64,000 bases of DNA from Solirubrobacterales bacterium (GTDB lineage: Bacteria; Actinomycetota; Thermoleophilia; Solirubrobacterales; Solirubrobacteraceae), in NCBI GenBank assembly GCA_019240305.1, contig JAFAYP010000521.1:818-64817 (forward strand), given 5' to 3'. This document shows positions 58,926 to 64,000 of this stretch, in pieces. The notes under the pieces were generated by a model. The model had not been told where the DNA came from. It worked only from the letters and a program-made list of their open reading frames with translations, and did not search any database. The translations under genes were made by a program, and so were the position numbers. Each line of letters starts with the position of its first letter. The stretch's first letter is position 1.

Positions 58926-60575
58926 CCCGGATTCGCCGATAGTCGCCGGGGGGTGACCGCGTGCGGTGCTGGGATGGTCACTATCGGGGTGAGCGCCGCT
59001 GCGGACGGGGATGGTCCGGGTCGCGTGGCTGCTATCGGGTTCTCGACGGGCGTGACGGGTCCGATCGTGGGCAGGCTGAAGTTGCATCGGCCTGGTTGTG
59101 GTCATCGGTCGGGCGCCGCTGGGAGCGGCGGCTGCTCAGCAGAGCTGGGGGTTGGCTCTCAGGCGGGCGAACGCGTTGGTGAGCGCGGTAGCCCAGGGGC
59201 CAGTCGGCCTGGAGGCGCAGGCGGACCCGTCGGCCGTGCTGGCCGATCCGGCCGGCGACGTGCAGGAGTCGGTGGCGCAGGCGTTTCGGTTCGGCGAGTC
59301 GGAGGCGTGCGTCGAGCAGCAGCAGCCGGGTCCAGCAGAGCAGCTCTTGGGCGATCAGGGAGAGCTCGAGCCAGGTCTGGTTGTGTGTGAAGGCTTGGTG
59401 GGGGAGGTTGCGCATGCCGGTGTCTTTGGCGGTGCGGATGCAGTCCTCGACCCGGGCGCGTTGGCGGTGGCGCATCTCCAACGTCGGGATGTCGCCGGGC
59501 TGGTCGGTGAGGAATGCGGTGTGCCGGTAGCCGTGCTCGTCGAAGATGGTGAACTGCGCGCCGGGGTGCGGACGCTCGCGGCGAACGACCAGCCGGCTGC
59601 CCTGCGGCCACGCGCTCAGGTCGAGCTGGTCAGTCAACTCTGCCACACACGCCCCGTCGCGGTCCTCACCGTCGCTGTCGATCGCCGCAACCCAAGCGTT
59701 CTCGGGGATCTCGAGGATCTGGTCGCGGATCTGCTGATCGATGGGATGCCCGATCGAGAAGCCGATCCGAGCGTCGCGGCACTCGGCGGTGAACGCGTGG
59801 GTGGCGCCGCCGACGTCGGTGCGCACCAGCATCTCTCGCTCGAGGTCCGCGGCCGGGATCTGCGCGAGCGCGAGCTGCAGCACCTCGAAATGATCGGCGG
59901 CGGTGTTAGACCCGGCGTTGCCCGGCCGGAGCATCACCGCCAGCGGCTCGCCCGTCTCGGCCAGCCAGCACCCGAGCGGATGGAACCCGTATCCGTGCTT
60001 GTAGTTGCCGCTCGCGAGGTCCTTCTCGGAGCGCGCCGTGAGCAGCGTGGCATCGATGTCCAGCGTGAGCGAGTCGGGGCGCCCGCCCGCGTCCCACGCC
60101 CGCTCGCGCGCCACCGCACGGGCTGCCCGCACCCGCGCCAGCACCCCCTCGTTGACGGCTTTGAGCGTGCGGTGCGTCGTGGTCTCCGAGGCGACCGGCC
60201 CGAACAGCCGCTCCTGGCCAAGCAGCCCGTCCAGATCGGTCACGCAATCGCCGCCGTCGGCCAACATCACCGCGATGTCGCGCAGCACCCGTCCGGGGTC
60301 GTGCGCCGAGCGGCGCTCCCGCGTCGATGCCAGCGCCCCGGACAACGACCCGGTCAGCCCGACGCGATCGGCCAGCTCTGCCAGCAACGCTGTCCCCGCA
60401 TGCGACACCAGACCATCGCCGTCCGCCGTGACTTCTACCGTTCGGACCCGGAGCTTTAGCTTCACCAACTGGGTGTCCTCCCTGATCGTGGATCGAGACC
60501 TCGGAAATCCCGATTCTCACGGCCGGGGAGGACGTTCCCGGCCGCCACGATCAGACCCTTACCGGCGATTCCGGG
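58926..60575 (-). mobile_element. IS1380-family element with 4-bp target duplication CTAG
   Basis: Inverted repeats cccggattcgccgata / cccggaatcgccggta; CTAG at 58922-58925 and 60576-60579. Confidence 0.92.
59136..60468 (-). CDS. IS1380 (DDE_Tnp_1_4) transposase; +1 slip near 59197
   Basis: LVSHAG, LDIDAT, GFHPL, LRPGNAGSN, RARVEDCIR; natural C-terminus WPWATALTNAFARL is in the adjacent frame. Confidence 0.9.
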
Positions 60576-60918
60576 CTAGGGGCGCGCCCACTGAGGCGGT
60601 TGATCTCGCGAGGGGTAATACGACCAGCGGGGGAATGTCTCGACCATCATGGTCAAGGAAGCTACTTCTTTCCTCCAGAGGAACGCGTCCGGGAACGCAA
60701 CGGCGCGCCACCAAAAGCAGGCGTTCGCGTGGCCGGTTGCCTCACAAGCCCGCATCGGTTGGTGCGGGACACTTCGAACGTCGCTCATGGATAGAGAAGT
60801 ATGCGGCCGCGTCAGCTTGTTCGGCCGCGCCGGGATGAGAAGGGCCGAGCACCGGATCTATCAGGAGGTCTTCCTCGACCGGCTTTTGATGCCCGGGGCC
60901 GGTGCTGAGGATATCCGC

Positions 60919-61686
60919 CTACTTGGGGGCCGGCCACCACGATGGTGCCCTCAGGGGCGGCACGGTCTCGTCGAGCTTCTGGCCTGGCAGTTCCCAGCCG
61001 GGGACGCTGACTTTCAGGGGCGGTCTGGGCGGTGCCGCCGTGCGACGATAGGCCGGCGTCGGTCGTGGTCGAGCGACGCTTGCCTTCTGAGACACCGAGA
61101 TGCCCTGGAGGGCAAGCAGGTTGGTGCGCAGCCTGCCCCAGTGTTTGCCGGCAGCGAGGAAGTTCCCGTGGATCGGCTTCATCCGACGGTTGAAAAACCA
61201 GGCGTGGCTTGCGCCGATGACTGCGACCGCCGTTCGGTCGCGATACACGATCAGCCCTCTCCTGCCGTGCGCCGTACGCAGATGCAGGTCTGATCCATTG
61301 AGGTGACGCCTTACCGACTGCACGAGCACACCGAGATGGCATGTCATCACGACGAGATCGAACAGGTAGTCATCGTCTTGGCCGGGACCGCTCAGATTGG
61401 CGATCGTCGAGGTCTGCACAGGGATACCGAATGATGCGAGGCGCGCCGCGACGCGCTCCCGCCGCTTTGCTGCGGGGCGTCTGCTCCTCGGGGCTCCGGC
61501 GCGGTTCTCCGCGTTGTTGTGTTGACCGTAGACTTGCGTGCTGGTGCCGTCGGTGTCGCTCCGGTGCGGGCGCCGGGCATTCTGCTGGCCGGGCGTGTAG
61601 GAGTCGAAGCTGAGCGCCGAGGCGTGGCCCGCTGGCGCACGATCGGCGTTGTCGGGCTGCCGCTGTTCGGCTCGATGGTGGGGCAC
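60919..61686 (-). CDS. Hypothetical protein
   Basis: 255-aa ORF with a globular-looking core (DDDYLFDLVVMTCHLG...); no family recognised. Confidence 0.45.
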   Translation of the reverse strand: MPHHRAEQRQPDNADRAPAGHASALSFDSYTPGQQNARRPHRSDTDGTSTQVYGQHNNAENRAGAPRSRRPAAKRRERVAARLASFGIPVQTSTIANLSGPGQDDDYLFDLVVMTCHLGVLVQSVRRHLNGSDLHLRTAHGRRGLIVYRDRTAVAVIGASHAWFFNRRMKPIHGNFLAAGKHWGRLRTNLLALQGISVSQKASVARPRPTPAYRRTAAPPRPPLKVSVPGWELPGQKLDETVPPLRAPSWWPAPK

Positions 61687-61886
61687 TTACGCGCCGGTGG
61701 GCCACTTGGCGCGGCGGGGCCGGGCGCACCGGCCACGGCCATCGCACGTGCAGCACTCCAGAAGTCGTCGTCTTTCACGATGCGCCCCAGGCCGGATGCC
61801 GGCATGTGAGGTCCTCCCCGATTCCGTTCGGGTCAACAAGCTATCTGCTTTATCGACCGTCGTCCGGCTGTCCCTTAGGCTATAGG

Positions 61887-63293
61887 CTAGGAAGCGGCGG
61901 CGGTGGACTCGAGCGATCGTCCCGTTGCACGGATGCCGAGCAGAATCAGCGCGCCCGCGACGACGCCGGAGATGGCCATGACCACGAAGGCTCCGGAGAA
62001 TCCCCATGCCGTGTTGGCGCCGAGCACGATGAGCGGCGCCAAGGCCCCGCCGATGTGGCCGAGCCCGTCAGTGAGAGCGACGCCGGTGGCGCGGGCGTTA
62101 GTCGAGAAGTGCTCGGCGGTGTAGGTGTAGAGCACCGGCACGAGCAGCCCGATCGTCGTCGAGGCGATGAAGCCGAAGATGATGATGATCGCGGGGGAGA
62201 CGAAGATGCCGATCACCAGCAGCGAGATCGCCCAGGCGACGGTCACCGCCGCCGCGGCGAACTTGCGCTCGAGCCGATCGCTGAAGCGCGTCGTGGCAAA
62301 CGCCCCCGCGAGGAAGCCCAGACCGGAAACGATCAGATACGTGGTGCTGTCGGCGAGGCTGTAACCCTTGTCGGTGAACAGAGTCGGGGCGAGAGTGAGC
62401 CAGCCGTAGTTGCCGATGTAGTAGACGAACCAGATGGCGACGAACAGCGCGACCCGCCTGATCATGGTCGGGCCGAGGAGTGCCCGGAAGGGGAACCGCT
62501 CCGCCCTGGCCTCGTCGGGAACCGGCTCGGGACGGGGCAGATCGGCATCGATGGTCTCTCGCGCGGTCTCCTCGGCTTCCGCCACGACCTCCTCGGCCTC
62601 CTCGACGCGGCCCTCGGTCACGAGCCACCGCGGCGAGGGCGGCAGGTTACGCCGCATGAACAGGATCGTCACCCCGCCGAGCGCGCCGATCAAAAACAGG
62701 ATCCGCCAGCCGCTGGCAAAGCTCGGTACCAGCCCGCGGGCGATGAAGGGCACAACCGCGAACCCGGCATAGGCAGCGGTGGTTGCCCAGCTCGTGTACC
62801 GACCCCGAAGGGGAGCAGGCGAGAGCTCGCCGATGTAGGTCGTGACCGAGGCGATCTCGGCGCCGATTCCGAGGCCGGCGATGAAGCGGAAGACGATCAG
62901 CTCGGTCACGTTCGTGCTGGCTGCGGCCAGCGCGGTCCCCAGCGAGAACACGCCCACGGATATGCCCAGGCTGAGGCGGCGGCCCCACTTGTCGGCGACC
63001 GTGGCGTCGGCGAAGGCGCCGATGATGTAGCCGATCAGGCTGCTGGTGACCGACAGCGTCACGGTCGACTTCGCCACGTGGAACTGGGTCGCGATCACCG
63101 GCGCGGCAAAGGAGATCGTGACGATGTCGAAGAAGGCGAAGAAGTACCCGGCCCCGACCACCCACAGGATCTTGTGCTCATACGGCCATACGGGAATCCG
63201 ATCGAGACGGGCCAGCGGGCCGAAACGGCGCCGACGAGCACGGCCGACGGCCTCATCCGACTGCTCACCCCTCGCGGATGACGGTTCCGTCAT
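61887..63293 (-). CDS. MFS transporter (sugar porter/aromatic acid-like)
   Basis: ADKWGRR, FRFIAGLGIGAE, ELSPAPLRGR, AEHFSTNARATG. Confidence 0.92.
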   Translation of the reverse strand: MTEPSSARGEQSDEAVGRARRRRFGPLARLDRIPVWPYEHKILWVVGAGYFFAFFDIVTISFAAPVIATQFHVAKSTVTLSVTSSLIGYIIGAFADATVADKWGRRLSLGISVGVFSLGTALAAASTNVTELIVFRFIAGLGIGAEIASVTTYIGELSPAPLRGRYTSWATTAAYAGFAVVPFIARGLVPSFASGWRILFLIGALGGVTILFMRRNLPPSPRWLVTEGRVEEAEEVVAEAEETARETIDADLPRPEPVPDEARAERFPFRALLGPTMIRRVALFVAIWFVYYIGNYGWLTLAPTLFTDKGYSLADSTTYLIVSGLGFLAGAFATTRFSDRLERKFAAAAVTVAWAISLLVIGIFVSPAIIIIFGFIASTTIGLLVPVLYTYTAEHFSTNARATGVALTDGLGHIGGALAPLIVLGANTAWGFSGAFVVMAISGVVAGALILLGIRATGRSLESTAAAS

Positions 63294-63532
63294 CTTGACT
63301 CTCCTTCCTCGGAGTGGAGCTACCCGGGAAGGGCAGAGCGAAATCGAGGGCTTCGTCTCCTCGCCGGGGGCTCCCGAAGATTCCCGACATCGGAGTCACG
63401 TCGCTGCCACTCCGGATCGATCAGCAGCAGTGTCCCGCGCTAGCCGCTCGGCACGTTGAAGACCAACCGCCGCGACCGCACGCGAGGGGGTAGCGCCACT
63501 CGCCTGCGAGCTCGCGGATTGGTGAGGCGGTA

Positions 63533-63841
63533 TCAGCAGCCCATCGCGTCGCGTAGCGTGCGGCATGCCCGGGTCAGGCGCCGCGGAGACAGCTGCGTCA
63601 CTCGACGGCGGAACGTCGAGCGTGGAAGCGTATGCACCTGGTCGAAGTTCACGACGCAATCGCTCGGGACGCCGTCCTCGGCGACCGTGAGGACAAGCTC
63701 GGACAGGAGTCCTCGCCGCGTCCTGGTCAACGCGGCAACCACCACCGATCCGATCCGATCCGCGACGGGGTCGCGCGTCAAGACCAGCACGGGACGATCT
63801 CCACCCGGTGTTGCCGCAAACCAGATCTCACCCCGCTGCAT
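63533..63841 (-). CDS. mazF: MazF/PemK toxin
   Basis: MQRGEIW...RPVLVLTRD...VNFDQVHT. Confidence 0.9.
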   Translation of the reverse strand: MQRGEIWFAATPGGDRPVLVLTRDPVADRIGSVVVAALTRTRRGLLSELVLTVAEDGVPSDCVVNFDQVHTLPRSTFRRRVTQLSPRRLTRACRTLRDAMGC

Positions 63842-64000
63842 CGGCCCAGTCCGACCAGTCCTCTGCAGGCCCCCAATCAGCAACTGCCTCCTGCGACCGC
63901 TCCGCGTCGGTGGCGGGGTGCCGCGCCCAGGTTTCGGCGTCGGCGTCCGCTTTCAGCACCACGAGATGGCGATGCAGCGCATCGCGCAGGATCTCAGACC
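63828..64000 (-). CDS. Cognate antitoxin (RHH/MazE-like), 5' end outside the window
   Basis: ...SEILRDALHRHL...DWGPAEDWSDWADAAG*, overlapping the mazF start. Confidence 0.75.
   Translation of the reverse strand, partial: SEILRDALHRHLVVLKADADAETWARHPATDAERSQEAVADWGPAEDWSDWADAAG

Larger units (their letters stand above)
58450..60650 (-). pseudogene. Restriction-endonuclease-fold protein interrupted by IS1380
   Basis: MMVETFPRWSYYP...WARP-LVAAV rejoins across the IS; C-half YDVDG...LLEIEAGRG..GNAVYRDL; extra frameshift near 58836. Confidence 0.65.

Overview
High-GC (~70%) actinobacterial-type accessory region; Thermoleophilia/Solirubrobacterales-like gene content is my inference. It reads as a chain of islands. 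(1) 1-19.2 kb: a defence island with a translationally coupled four-gene operon (SNF2 helicase, large N6-adenine-type DNA methyltransferase, 2099-aa DEAD/DUF1998 helicase-nuclease, RelE-like-domain UvrD helicase), a stand-alone HARE-HTH and an ABC-ATPase/DUF4276 pair. It ends at a 3' fragment of tRNA-fMet. (2) 19.2-29.1 kb: an integrase-less segment bounded by a second copy of the same 36-bp tRNA fragment, carrying small regulators, an ankyrin gene with a structured leader and two TA pairs. (3) 30.5-38.5 kb: a phosphonate uptake/catabolism cluster (phnDCE, GntR, FAD oxidoreductase, phnA, phnY, HD protein) with no phnW and three matching GntR operators. (4) 38.7-51 kb: an ECF-sigma/YciI and LAL-regulator neighbourhood with recognisable repeated promoter motifs. 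(5) 51-61 kb: three IS elements (IS3, IS21 with a zinc-finger passenger, IS1380), each breaking a gene, plus a hammerhead-ribozyme fold and a nuclease-like/DUF1643 pair. (6) An MFS transporter and mazEF at the right end. Many single-base frameshifts fall in short homopolymers and may be sequencing errors. All family calls come from motif recognition by eye, not database searches.
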